A model generated the notes under the pieces. The model searched no databases. It was not told the origin of the DNA and saw only the letters and a program-made list of their open reading frames with translations. A stretch of DNA of 64,000 nt. Origin: an uncultured bacterium. Its GTDB lineage: Bacteria > Armatimonadota > Hebobacteria > CAIYQO01. The stretch covers positions 14,094-78,093 of the forward strand of contig CAZPYA010000003.1 of the NCBI GenBank assembly GCA_964590255.1. Direction: 5' to 3'. The position numbers were made by a program, and so were the translations under genes. Numbering within the stretch: position 1 is the first letter of the stretch; every line of letters starts with the position of its first letter. Shown in pieces: positions 49,556-58,800 of this stretch.

Positions 49556-50656
49556 ATGTTCGCGCACAAAGTCCGCTCCGTCTACATCGTCGCCTTGCTG
49601 CTCATCGCCGCGGCGGCGGTCTACCTCTTCTGGCCCCGTGAACGGCCCGAGCAGATGCGCGCGGGGTATATTCCGCCGATTCCCGGGTTGAAGGCGGAGG
49701 AATACCCGGCGGTGGGCGGCTCCCCAGTTACAGAAGTGCTGCGACAGGTGATTCTAGCTAAGGCGTTGCAGTTGCCCGGCGAAGTGCGCCGCATCCCTGA
49801 CAACACCGTAGCCGTCACTTTTCCGCGCTCGATGGACGTAGCGAAGGTGAAGGTATATCAGCACAAGCTGGGGCAGGCCGGTATTATTTCTGCCGATAGT
49901 GCATATACCGTTTTACTCAACGGAAACGGCCCGCGCCTGCTGCTGATGGCCAGCGAGCCGTCGGCGGCCATAGTGCAACGCGCCAGAACAAAAGATGTCG
50001 GATTCGAGGTGAAACCGATTGCGCTGAATGCATTTGTCTTTGTAGTCAACAACAAGAACCCGGTCAAATCGCTACTCATCGACGATTTGCGCGGCATCTT
50101 CAGTGGAAAAATCACCAATTGGAAGCAGGTAGGAGGAGCGGATGCGCCGATCACCGTCCTTGACGGTGATTCTCCCGTACCCGCTCTTGCAGCCAACTCG
50201 ATGAGTCCGGGATCAAGGGCACGGCAGATGGCCACCCGGCTAGAATTTTATAGCTCCGCCCATCCCACGACCAAACACATGATGCTGGACAACTGGGTGA
50301 TGAACGGCAAGGCCATATGGGTGACGGGCCTTCGCGCGCAGGGAGAGACCGCTGATCGCGTCGCCGAAGACCCCAACGCCATCTCCTTCTCCACCTTCTA
50401 CGAGGAAGGCGTCCTCAACCCCAACAGCCACAACCGCCTGCTGGCCATCCAGGACGTCCAGCCCACCGTGCAGAGCATCATCGACGCCAGCTACCCCTTC
50501 ATCGAGCCCATCTACGCCGTGGTGCGCGCCGACGCCAAGCCCGGCAGCCCGGAGGTGCGCCTGCGCGACTGGCTGACCAGCAAGAACGGCCAGCAACTGG
50601 TGATGCAAGCCGGCTTCATCCCGCTGACAATGGTGAAGAACGTGCCGGAAGAGTAG
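49556..50656 (+). CDS. PstS-like periplasmic substrate-binding protein
   Basis: GGAGG RBS, N-terminal TM, PIALNAFVFVVNNKNPV, LRGIFSGKITNWKQVGG, DPNAISFS, YPF...YAV, GQQLV..AGF. Confidence 0.8.
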   Translation: MFAHKVRSVYIVALLLIAAAAVYLFWPRERPEQMRAGYIPPIPGLKAEEYPAVGGSPVTEVLRQVILAKALQLPGEVRRIPDNTVAVTFPRSMDVAKVKVYQHKLGQAGIISADSAYTVLLNGNGPRLLLMASEPSAAIVQRARTKDVGFEVKPIALNAFVFVVNNKNPVKSLLIDDLRGIFSGKITNWKQVGGADAPITVLDGDSPVPALAANSMSPGSRARQMATRLEFYSSAHPTTKHMMLDNWVMNGKAIWVTGLRAQGETADRVAEDPNAISFSTFYEEGVLNPNSHNRLLAIQDVQPTVQSIIDASYPFIEPIYAVVRADAKPGSPEVRLRDWLTSKNGQQLVMQAGFIPLTMVKNVPEE

Positions 50657-50662
50657 ATTCTG

Positions 50663-50722
50663 GAGCGCGGATTTGTAATCCGCATGTGTTACTGCAATCG
50701 TGCGGATTACAAATCCGCGCTC
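50663..50722. repeat. REP doublet, GGAGCGCGGATTTGTAATCCGC family
   Basis: 22-bp perfect inverted repeat at 50663-50684 and 50701-50722. Confidence 0.88.
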
Positions 50723-50738
50723 CCAGTCTGGAGGAACC

Positions 50739-51518
50739 ATGCCAACCGTCCTTGCCATCTGCGCCCATCCCGACGACGCCGAAATCCGCTGCGGCGGCAC
50801 GCTGATATTGCTCGCCCACCGCGGGTGGGACGTGCACATCGCCACCGTTTCCACCGGCAACTGCGGCAGCGCCGAGCTATCCTCGAATGCCATCGCCACC
50901 ATCCGCCGGGCGGAGGCGCAGGCCGCGGCGGCGGCGCTGGGCGGCACCTATCACTGCCTGGACGGCCTGGACCTGCAGATTTACGACGACCAGGAGATGC
51001 GCGGCAAGGCGGTGGCGCTGGTGCGCCGCGTGCGCCCCGACTGCATCATCACCCACTACCCCTCCGATTACATGGCCGACCACGACGCCGCCGGCGCCAT
51101 CGCCCGCACCGCCGCCTTCACCGCCGGCATCCCCAACTACGACGTCGGCCCCGCCTCGGTGGAAAAACCGCTGGACGGCGTGGTGCCGCTCTACTACGTT
51201 GGCCCCATCGGCGACACCGACTACTTCGGCAACCCCATCATCGCCCCGTGGTTCGTCGACATCTCCGCCGTCATCGAGGAAAAAGCCGAACTGCTGGGCC
51301 AGCACGTCTCCCAGCGCGAATGGCTGCGCCGCCAGAACGGCATCGACCAATACATCGAAGAGATGAAACACTGGGACCGCACCGCCGGTGCCCACTGCAA
51401 CGCCGACTACGCCGAAGGCTTCTTCCAACACCGCGGCCACGGCTACCCGCAGACGCCCGTCCTGCAGGACGCCCTGCGGGAGTTGGTACGGGAGCGGATA
51501 GCGTCACACCGGAACTGA
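50739..51518 (+). CDS. PIG-L family deacetylase
   Basis: AHPDDAE, THYPSD..DH, H.SQ, YAEGF. Confidence 0.9.
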   Translation: MPTVLAICAHPDDAEIRCGGTLILLAHRGWDVHIATVSTGNCGSAELSSNAIATIRRAEAQAAAAALGGTYHCLDGLDLQIYDDQEMRGKAVALVRRVRPDCIITHYPSDYMADHDAAGAIARTAAFTAGIPNYDVGPASVEKPLDGVVPLYYVGPIGDTDYFGNPIIAPWFVDISAVIEEKAELLGQHVSQREWLRRQNGIDQYIEEMKHWDRTAGAHCNADYAEGFFQHRGHGYPQTPVLQDALRELVRERIASHRN

Positions 51519-51730
51519 CTGCGCAAGACCGCTGCGCAACCTGTCATCACTACACAATGCCGCACATCGCCGTGCGCCATACCTTGTCATGCGTAGTCTG
51601 TCCCTATCATTCCGTTCTCGTTCGAAAGTCGGGTGCAAGGGACAGACTACGCATTGCGAAGCAGACCTGACTCCGCCACGTTTTCACCTATCGTGACTAC
51701 GGCAGCATGCCCGGCAATGCGCAGTCAGTC
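51512..51730. repeat. REP cluster, GACWGACTRCGCATT family (four arms)
   Basis: ATGCGTAGTCTGTCCCT (51589-51605) / AGGGACAGACTACGCAT (51638-51654) perfect 17-bp IR, plus ACTGACTGCGCA near 51514 and GCAATGCGCAGTCAGTC at 51714-51730. Confidence 0.75.
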
Positions 51731-51740
51731 CCGGTGACAG

Positions 51741-53588
51741 CTACCCCTCCCACACCGGCATCGCCACCGCGCCAATTTTCTTCGCCGCCACCCCGCGGCG
51801 TTCCAGCCGCAGGTGGATGCCCCAGGCGGCGCCCTTGTTGATGTCCAGCGCCACCACTACCTCGTGCGTGCCGGCGGCGGCGGTGACCGGGATGATGCCC
51901 TGGTCGGCGTAGGCGGGGTTGATGCCGTTCGGGTCGGTGTAGCGGGCGACGCCGTCCACCCACGCGCGCACCGGGCCGTCATAGCCCAGGCACACGTTCA
52001 GCTTCATCGGCTCGGGGCAGGTGAAGCGGCAGGCGTAGTAGACCACGCCGCTCGTGACGCCGCCGGCGAGGATGTCCGGGTGCAAATCGCTGAAGTCCTG
52101 CGCGAAGGTCTTCGGCCGCAGCGCCAGGCCGGCCAGGTCGGGGAAGGCCAGTTTGGTCACCGCGCTACCGGCCGGCTGCACGCCGCTGACGCGGTACTGG
52201 CACGCGAAGGGCGTCAGCGCCCGCGCGTCGCCGATGGTCACCGGGCCGAGCACCGGCAGCGCGCGGTCGGCGGCGTCGGTGATGTTGCAGAACGGCGCCA
52301 GCCCCAGCCCGTAGTGCAGCGATTTGCCGAGCAACTCATTCTGGTTCATGCCGGTGTGCAGGATGGCGGTGCTGCCGTCCAGGTCGACGCGGAAGATCGT
52401 ATCGATGAACCCCGCGTCGCCGGCGATGGCGAAGCCGTTGGGCCGCCCGTCCGCCCGCAGCGCGCCGATGACGTTGGCAAATTCCACCACCACGTCGGTG
52501 CTGCCGCGCAGCGGGTTCACTTTCACGCGGATGGACTTCAGCGCGATGGGCGGCGGGTCGCTGCTGACGCCGGTCAGTGTCGCCATCGCCCCTGCCAGCC
52601 GCCTGCCCAGCCGCTGCTGGTCTTCGCCGCTGATGTGGATGCCGTCGTCCAGCCCCAGGTCGATGGCCGGCACGGTGAGTACCCGCGGCAGCCGCTCGGG
52701 CAGCTTGCGCTGCTGCTCCTGGATGCTGTTCCACGACGCGATGTTGTTGGGGTCCCAGCCGTGCACGCTGGCGATCTGCACCAGCACGAAGGGCAGCTTC
52801 CCGTCTTTACAGTCGCGCCGAAAGGCTTTCACCAGCGCGACCATCGCCTCGGTATACACCGCCGCCGCGCCCGGCCAGGCGTCGCTGCACCCCTGGTACC
52901 AGGCGATGCCCGCCACCCGCCCGCCGTTTTTGTGCACGCGGCGCAGCGTGGCGCTATACAGCGTGCTGCCGCTGGGCGTCGTCAACGTCGGGTCCCACTG
53001 CGCCATGCTGGTGCCGCCGTGGGCGCAAGCCAGCACGCCCTGCGGCACGCCCGTCAACCGGTGCATTTCCTGCGCAAAGGCCACGCCCGGGCCCACCCCG
53101 CGTACCGCGTCGCGCGTCGGCCGTACCCCACCGCACAGGTCGATGTGTACCGAGTCCACACAGTCGCACATATTGTGGATGGGGTCCTGCGCCACGGCCC
53201 AGCGGTCGTCCGTGTAGAAGGCGCGCACCAGTGGCCGCGGTGTCGCCGCCTGCGCCCGCGCGCCGCAGCCCTGCATGTTCGACTGCCCACCGCATATCCA
53301 CACGTCGCCCACCAGCACGTCGTCGACGACGGCCGTCTCTCGCCCGATACTCAGCTCTACCGTATACGGCCCGCCCACCGGCACGCCCGCCAGCCGCGCG
53401 GTGAATGTGCCCTTCCGTGCCTGCCCGATGTTCACGCTGTCAAAGCCCGGAAGCACGCCGTCGCTGCCGCGCACCGTCGCCGTCACCGGCCCCGTCGTCG
53501 CCCGGCACGTCCCGCTGATCGGCGCATCGGATGCCTCCCCCGCGCGCTGCAGCACCATATGCGCAAACAACCCCTGCTGGATATGCAT
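51741..53588 (-). CDS. Sialate O-acetylesterase (SGNH/SASA) family protein with C-terminal beta domain
   Basis: AGGAG RBS; LFAHMVLQR, GGPY, GDVWICGGQSNM, AHGGT, WYQGCSD, FVLVQIA, DGIH. Confidence 0.88.
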   Translation of the reverse strand: MHIQQGLFAHMVLQRAGEASDAPISGTCRATTGPVTATVRGSDGVLPGFDSVNIGQARKGTFTARLAGVPVGGPYTVELSIGRETAVVDDVLVGDVWICGGQSNMQGCGARAQAATPRPLVRAFYTDDRWAVAQDPIHNMCDCVDSVHIDLCGGVRPTRDAVRGVGPGVAFAQEMHRLTGVPQGVLACAHGGTSMAQWDPTLTTPSGSTLYSATLRRVHKNGGRVAGIAWYQGCSDAWPGAAAVYTEAMVALVKAFRRDCKDGKLPFVLVQIASVHGWDPNNIASWNSIQEQQRKLPERLPRVLTVPAIDLGLDDGIHISGEDQQRLGRRLAGAMATLTGVSSDPPPIALKSIRVKVNPLRGSTDVVVEFANVIGALRADGRPNGFAIAGDAGFIDTIFRVDLDGSTAILHTGMNQNELLGKSLHYGLGLAPFCNITDAADRALPVLGPVTIGDARALTPFACQYRVSGVQPAGSAVTKLAFPDLAGLALRPKTFAQDFSDLHPDILAGGVTSGVVYYACRFTCPEPMKLNVCLGYDGPVRAWVDGVARYTDPNGINPAYADQGIIPVTAAAGTHEVVVALDINKGAAWGIHLRLERRGVAAKKIGAVAMPVWEG

Positions 53589-53688
53589 GATGACACTCCT
53601 TCTGAAGACCTGCAGGTGTATTTCGTGAGCCGCCGGCGCTCTCCTGCCGATCCTCTGATGATTCACAGATAGTTATTCGCGTCCCACG

Positions 53689-53757
53689 CCCCATACCTCC
53701 CCCTTTCCATGTAGGGAAGGGGGGCGGGGGGAGAGGTGCGCGCGGGAGCGCGCAACG
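53689..53757. repeat. REP element, CCCT..AGGG family with GCGCGCAACG tail
   Basis: Homologous to 43311-43384. Confidence 0.75.
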
Positions 53758-53854
53758 TTTCCACGCGCCTTTGTACCAATCCCCCAACGAATACCCATCC
53801 CTGTGTCGCCGAACCAACAGGAGGGCCCATGGCCCCCCGGCGAACCCAACTCCC

Positions 53855-55390
53855 ATGGTGCAGACCTTTTCCACTGGTATCGTCACCCTGTATGTGGACC
53901 CGCGCGGCAACGATGCCTGGTCCGGCCGCCTGCTCGCGCCGAACCGGGTGGGCTTCGATGGCCCCGTCGCCACGCTGGCGCGCGCGCTGCAGTTGGCCTG
54001 GGGCCGGCCGACGCGGGTGCTGCTGCGTGGCGGCCGGTACACCCGGCGTACGCACATCGCCGAGGGCGCGCTCATCGCCGCCTATCCCGGCGAGTGCCCG
54101 GCCTTGGCCGGCGAGACGACCCTCGCCGCGCGGGGCATCCAGATGGAGGGCGTGGCGCTGGGCGCCGTGCGGCTGGACGGCACGGGGCACGGCATCCTGT
54201 GCAACTGCCGCATCGCCGGCCCGGTGACGGTGGCGGGCGGGCACGGCAACCGCCTGCTGGCCTGCGTTATCGACGGCGACGTGCATCTGGGCGGGGAAAC
54301 GCTGCTGTCCGACTGCATTATCCGCGGCCGGGTCACCGTCGCCGCGGATGGTTGCCGGCTGCGGCACAACCGGCTCGAAGATTGCGAGATTATGCCCTGC
54401 GCCGGCACGCTGCTCGAGAATAATCGCCTGGACGCCCTCTGTTTGCGCGGCGCACAACCCGGCGTCCGGGTATGTGGCAACGTCATCGTTGCCGGCATCA
54501 CCGCCGAGGGCTGCGCCGGCGCGCTCATCGAGGATAACGATGTCGGCGGCGGCTACTGCCAGCGGGGCGGGCGCGACAACATGCTGCGTAACAATTGTGT
54601 CGCCGGCGCGGTCGTCGCCGACGCCGCCCCCTGGCTGCGCCCGCTCATCCTCGACGGCAATCTCCTCGCCGCCCCGGCGCACGCCAACCACGCCCTCCTC
54701 CTCCGCAACTTCTACTCATACTCGTCCTCGCCACCTCCCCTCATCCAGAATGTAATCCCCCCCTCTCCTCGGGGAGAGGGGGCAGGGGGTGAGGGGGCAC
54801 GCGAGAGCGCGCAACGATCTTCTACACAGGTCCTCCCCTCCCTTGCGCAGCGAAGCGGAGCGGGGGAGGGGCCGGGGGTGGGGGCCGAAAATAGCCACAA
54901 GGCAGGGGGGGAGGGCCGACGTCCGACTCCGCACGGGCGTGGGATCCTTTCGAACACTCCTCCTCTGCGCGACGACCACCCCGCCCTCGCCTACGGCTTC
55001 GGCCCGCTCGATCTCGCGCTCGCCGGCCCGCGCCTGACCGATATCCTCCCCGAGGTCGACGCCTGGGACACCGAGCCGGAGCCGCCGGCGCCCGCCCTCG
55101 CCTGCCGGCTGGAGCCCGACGGCGCCGACGGCTACCGTCTGACCATCGACAACCGCGGCGCCGTCGCCGCCATGGGCGAGGTGGCGCTGGGCATCACCCC
55201 CGCCGACGCCGGCGAATTGCTCGATGACGACCGCTACGCCTACGTCCTCGCCCCCGGCGAGGCGGTCACCTACCTCGGCTGCCTGCGCCCCCATGCCGAC
55301 CTTCTGCTGGAAACCTTCCCTCGCGGAGAAGGAATATTGCCCACGGCGCTGTATTGTACGAGTGGAGAATGTATAGAAACCGGTGACTGA
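53855..55390 (+). CDS. Right-handed parallel beta-helix protein carrying an 88-codon in-frame REP-derived insertion
   Basis: LYVDPRGNDAWSG...GPVATLARA N-terminal motif; repeated I..N/C.I turns; C-terminal L(R)DDHPALAYGFGPLDLALAGPR interrupted by the insertion. Confidence 0.75.
   Translation: MVQTFSTGIVTLYVDPRGNDAWSGRLLAPNRVGFDGPVATLARALQLAWGRPTRVLLRGGRYTRRTHIAEGALIAAYPGECPALAGETTLAARGIQMEGVALGAVRLDGTGHGILCNCRIAGPVTVAGGHGNRLLACVIDGDVHLGGETLLSDCIIRGRVTVAADGCRLRHNRLEDCEIMPCAGTLLENNRLDALCLRGAQPGVRVCGNVIVAGITAEGCAGALIEDNDVGGGYCQRGGRDNMLRNNCVAGAVVADAAPWLRPLILDGNLLAAPAHANHALLLRNFYSYSSSPPPLIQNVIPPSPRGEGAGGEGARESAQRSSTQVLPSLAQRSGAGEGPGVGAENSHKAGGEGRRPTPHGRGILSNTPPLRDDHPALAYGFGPLDLALAGPRLTDILPEVDAWDTEPEPPAPALACRLEPDGADGYRLTIDNRGAVAAMGEVALGITPADAGELLDDDRYAYVLAPGEAVTYLGCLRPHADLLLETFPRGEGILPTALYCTSGECIETGD
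54707..54970. repeat. 264-nt composite REP element inside a coding sequence
   Basis: Contains TACTCATACTCGTCCTCG, CCCCTCTCCTCGGGGAGAGGGGGCAGGGGGTGAGGGGGCACGCGAGAGCGCGCAACG and CCCTCCCTTGCGCAGCGAAGCGGAGCGGGGGAGGGG. Confidence 0.8.
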
Positions 55391-55400
55391 CTGCGCACCG

Positions 55401-55485
55401 GCAATGGGGACTGTAACGAATTTCGCGATCTTCCGCTCGGAATCGAGATGCTGACAAGCCAGAAATTCGTTGCTGTACCCATTGC
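55401..55485. repeat. REPIN-like doublet, family 1
   Basis: GCAATGGGGACTGTAACGAATTTC ... GAAATTCGTTGCTGTACCCATTGC. Confidence 0.85.
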
Positions 55486-55518
55486 TTGACCGATTTCCCG
55501 TCTAGAAAGGCCAACGCC

Positions 55519-56658
55519 ATGACCACCGATCTCGACCGCTTTATCGCCTGCATGGAATACCAGCCATGCGACCGCCGGCCCAACCACGAACTGGCGGCCT
55601 GGGCACAAACGAAAGTGCGTTGGCGCGAAGAGGCGCCGGAGATCGTGGGTGATTTCCACTGGTACTGGTTCGAGCAGGAAGCGAAGCTGCAACTCGATCG
55701 CCGTGAGTATATCCGCATGGATTACGGCTTCATCCCCCCTTTCGACTACGAGGTGCTGGAGGAAGACGATCGCTATCTCATCGCGCGCAATAACCGCGGC
55801 ATCGTGACGAAGGCGCTGAAAGACGGCACCGTGGACGGCGGACGCATGAGCATGGACGAATATATGCGCTTCCCGGTGGAGTCGCCGGAGGACTGGCCGG
55901 GCGTGAAGGCGCGCCTGGTGGCTGATCTACCGCAGCGTTGGGCGACGATGACGCCGGAGAAGGTGGCGGAGTGGACCGGGCCGCGCGAGCACCCGCTCAT
56001 CCTCGGTCATAACTGCGACGCCAACGGCTTCTACTGGCGCGCCCGCGAGTTCATGGGCACTGAAAACCTGTCCTATGCCTGGTACGACTACCCCGAGATG
56101 ATGCACGACATGATGGAGACCTATTGCGATCTCATCATCGAGGTCAGCAAGCCGGTGCTGGCGCAGGTGGATGTCGAATACTTCACCCTCAACGAAGACC
56201 TGTCCATGAAAAATGGGCCGCTGCTCAGTCCCGACACCTTCAAGGAGTTCATCTTCCCGCACCTCAAGCGGCTGGTGGAATTCATGAAGAGCAACGGCGT
56301 GCGCTACTTCGCGCTGGACACCGACGGCAATCCCACCGTGCTCATCCCCCTCTTCATGGATGCCGGCGTCGACGTGCTCTGGCCGCTGGAGCGCGCCTCC
56401 GACGTGAGTCCGATGGACTATCGCAAGCAGTTCGGCAAATCGCTGCGCATGTGGGGCGGCGTCGATAAGCGCGTGCTGCCGCTCGGCCCGGCCGCCATCA
56501 ACGCCCACCTGCGCGAGATGATCCCGCTCATCGAGGAAGGCGGCTTCATTCCCACCATCGACCACACCGTGCCGCCCGATGTCTCCTGGGACAACTTCCG
56601 CTACTACATGGACGCGAAATGGGCGCTGCTCACCGGGGATTACGACAAACTGGAATAG
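55519..56658 (+). CDS. Uroporphyrinogen decarboxylase / methyltransferase family protein
   Basis: DRFIACMEYQPCDRRP, FPVESPEDW, EDLS, DTDGN, MWGGVDKR, GGFIPTIDH.VPPDV. Confidence 0.85.
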   Translation: MTTDLDRFIACMEYQPCDRRPNHELAAWAQTKVRWREEAPEIVGDFHWYWFEQEAKLQLDRREYIRMDYGFIPPFDYEVLEEDDRYLIARNNRGIVTKALKDGTVDGGRMSMDEYMRFPVESPEDWPGVKARLVADLPQRWATMTPEKVAEWTGPREHPLILGHNCDANGFYWRAREFMGTENLSYAWYDYPEMMHDMMETYCDLIIEVSKPVLAQVDVEYFTLNEDLSMKNGPLLSPDTFKEFIFPHLKRLVEFMKSNGVRYFALDTDGNPTVLIPLFMDAGVDVLWPLERASDVSPMDYRKQFGKSLRMWGGVDKRVLPLGPAAINAHLREMIPLIEEGGFIPTIDHTVPPDVSWDNFRYYMDAKWALLTGDYDKLE

Positions 56659-56667
56659 GAGGCCACT

Positions 56668-57423
56668 ATGTCCCTCGCGCTCGACCTGCACGACCTGATG
56701 AAGAGCAATCTCCAGCGTCGGTACCCCGCCGGCACGGCGGAAATCACCGTCGATGCCGCAGATGCCTGGCGCCTCGACGCTGCGTTCACCCTGCCGGATT
56801 CAGGCCGTTTCCGCATCCGCAACGTGTGCCGGGGCGATGTGCTGGCCTTCCACGCCTTCGGCGCGGGCCTGGGCGAGCAATCGAAAGACCTCTTCTCTCC
56901 CTATCCCTGGCACGAACCCGCGCAACTCGACGGCGCCTTCCAGGCCGCCATCGACGCGTCGGTGAACCGCGTCGACGCCGCCTATTTCCTCGAATGCGAA
57001 GGCGAGCCGGTGGGGCACTTCTTCCTGTGGAAAGCCGGCGGCAACCCCCACGCGCAAGCCCACGGCGTCGAAGTGCCCGAGTTGGGCGTGGCCGCCGCCG
57101 ACGCCTGGCAGGGCCGCGGCTTCGGCGGGCTGATGGTACGCGCCCTCACCGCCGTCGCCCGCAGCCTCAATGCCGACGCCGTCGAACTCACCACTGCCCT
57201 CGACAACGAACCCGGCTGGCAGACCTACCTCCGCGCCGGCTACGAATACACCGGCATCATCCGCAACCCCCAGTTCGTCGACGTCACCGCCGTCGCCAAC
57301 GGCACCGCCACCGCCACCACCTGGCGCGACGAACGCCAGATGATCCTCCTCCTCAACGAAACTAAACGCGACGCCGTCCTCCACTACCTCGCCGTGAAGC
57401 GGGAAGAAGCGCAACGGATGTAG
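56668..57423 (+). CDS. GNAT family N-acetyltransferase
   Basis: GGAGG RBS; LGVAAADAWQGRGFG acetyl-CoA motif A; N..G...Y..AGY. Confidence 0.85.
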   Translation: MSLALDLHDLMKSNLQRRYPAGTAEITVDAADAWRLDAAFTLPDSGRFRIRNVCRGDVLAFHAFGAGLGEQSKDLFSPYPWHEPAQLDGAFQAAIDASVNRVDAAYFLECEGEPVGHFFLWKAGGNPHAQAHGVEVPELGVAAADAWQGRGFGGLMVRALTAVARSLNADAVELTTALDNEPGWQTYLRAGYEYTGIIRNPQFVDVTAVANGTATATTWRDERQMILLLNETKRDAVLHYLAVKREEAQRM

Positions 57424-57432
57424 GAAAGTAAA

Positions 57433-57649
57433 AAATGGGGACTGTAACGCATTTCCTGGCATAACGCTGTTTTCGAATCCCAATACAACCTGAAAAAGAT
57501 TAGCGCGCCGCCGCATCTCCACTCCGAGGAAATGCGTTGCTGTACCCATTGTCCGATAGAACAGGAAATGGGTACAGCAACGAATTTCGCGCTCTTCAAT
57601 GCTCGCGCACGCGGTGCATACTCGTGAAATTCGTTACAGTCCCCATTTC
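57433..57649. repeat. Two adjacent family-1 doublets in opposite orientation
   Basis: AATGGGGACTGTAACGCATTT...AAATGCGTTGCTGTACCCATT (57433-57550) and GAAATGGGTACAGCAACGAATTTC...GAAATTCGTTACAGTCCCCATTTC (57565-57649). Confidence 0.85.
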
Positions 57650-57657
57650 CCGCTTTC

Positions 57658-58725
57658 CTACCCCGCCTTCATCTCCCCCTCAAACGCCTCAATCGCCGCC
57701 ACCCCGTCCAGCGCGGTGATCTCCAGCATGTAGTCGCGGCTCTCGCCCGGTTGCAGCATCACCAGCGTGCCGCGCTCGCGTTCCTTGTCGCGGCCTTCCA
57801 CGCCGCAGTTGGCGGGCTCCAGGCCCAGCACGTAGTGGCCGAATCCCATCTGCTTCCACTGCACGAAGCGCGGCAGGGTCTGCTTGTGGTAGCGCAGGCC
57901 TACGCCCAGCTTCAGTTCCGGGTTGATGAGCGCCACGCGGGCGTCGCCGGCAGTGTCGGCCGGCAGGTCATGGTAAAACACCTGCTCGAAGTAGCCGGGG
58001 GTAGGTTCCTGGAAGGTCGACCACTGCGTCAGGTCGCCGGCCACGTCGCGCGGCACCACCACGTCGCCGCCGCCGGTGCTCAGCCGGCTGGCGGGGCTCA
58101 GCAGCGGCCAGCCGAAGTTGCAATGGTACAGCATCATGTGCGGCGCCGGCTCGCCGCTGATATTTTCCACCGTGTCCTGGAAGAGCACGCTGGTGCCGCC
58201 CAGCTTCGCGCTGATCTTCCGCGTCAGGCGCAGCGGCGTGCCGAAGAGCACACCTTCGGTCATGGTGCCGGTGATGTGCATCCAGTAGTCGTCGCCCCGC
58301 CACTCGCCCCAGTAGCCCAGCTCTTCGGCCGGCAACGCCGAGATGCGACCGTGTAGCGGCAGCGGCTTGCCTTCGTCCACGCACGACGCGCCGGCCGTCG
58401 CCAGCCCGCAGGTGGTCACCGCCCCGCCCGGGAAGGTCTGCAGCCACCCCGCGCCGTCTTCCTCGTAATACGCCGGGTGCGCCTGCCCGCTGGGGGTCAG
58501 GTGCGCCATCGGCACCCCGCGGAACGCCATGCGCGTGATGTCCAGCGCGCGGTCCGCCAGCACCGTGAACTCGAACCCGCTGCCGGTGATCACGTCGAAT
58601 CCCCGCACCCCGCGCTCACGCCCCGCCGCCAGCTCAATCGGCCGAATCCCGCCGATCTGCCCCAGGTTGCTGGTATAGCTCAGCACCTCCCGCCGCGTCA
58701 TCTCCCGCCCGAATAACCGAACCAT
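57658..58725 (-). CDS. Aldose-1-epimerase-like / DUF4432 family protein
   Basis: GFEFTVLADRALDI, TTCGL, LHGRIS, LYHCNFG, WKQMGFGHYVLGLEP. Confidence 0.85.
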   Translation of the reverse strand: MVRLFGREMTRREVLSYTSNLGQIGGIRPIELAAGRERGVRGFDVITGSGFEFTVLADRALDITRMAFRGVPMAHLTPSGQAHPAYYEEDGAGWLQTFPGGAVTTCGLATAGASCVDEGKPLPLHGRISALPAEELGYWGEWRGDDYWMHITGTMTEGVLFGTPLRLTRKISAKLGGTSVLFQDTVENISGEPAPHMMLYHCNFGWPLLSPASRLSTGGGDVVVPRDVAGDLTQWSTFQEPTPGYFEQVFYHDLPADTAGDARVALINPELKLGVGLRYHKQTLPRFVQWKQMGFGHYVLGLEPANCGVEGRDKERERGTLVMLQPGESRDYMLEITALDGVAAIEAFEGEMKAG

Positions 58726-58800
58726 GCCCCACCTCCGTTCATCATTTTCTCACAACTTCTGCGCGGAAGGGGGCTTCCCTGCCGACCATCAATACTGCCG

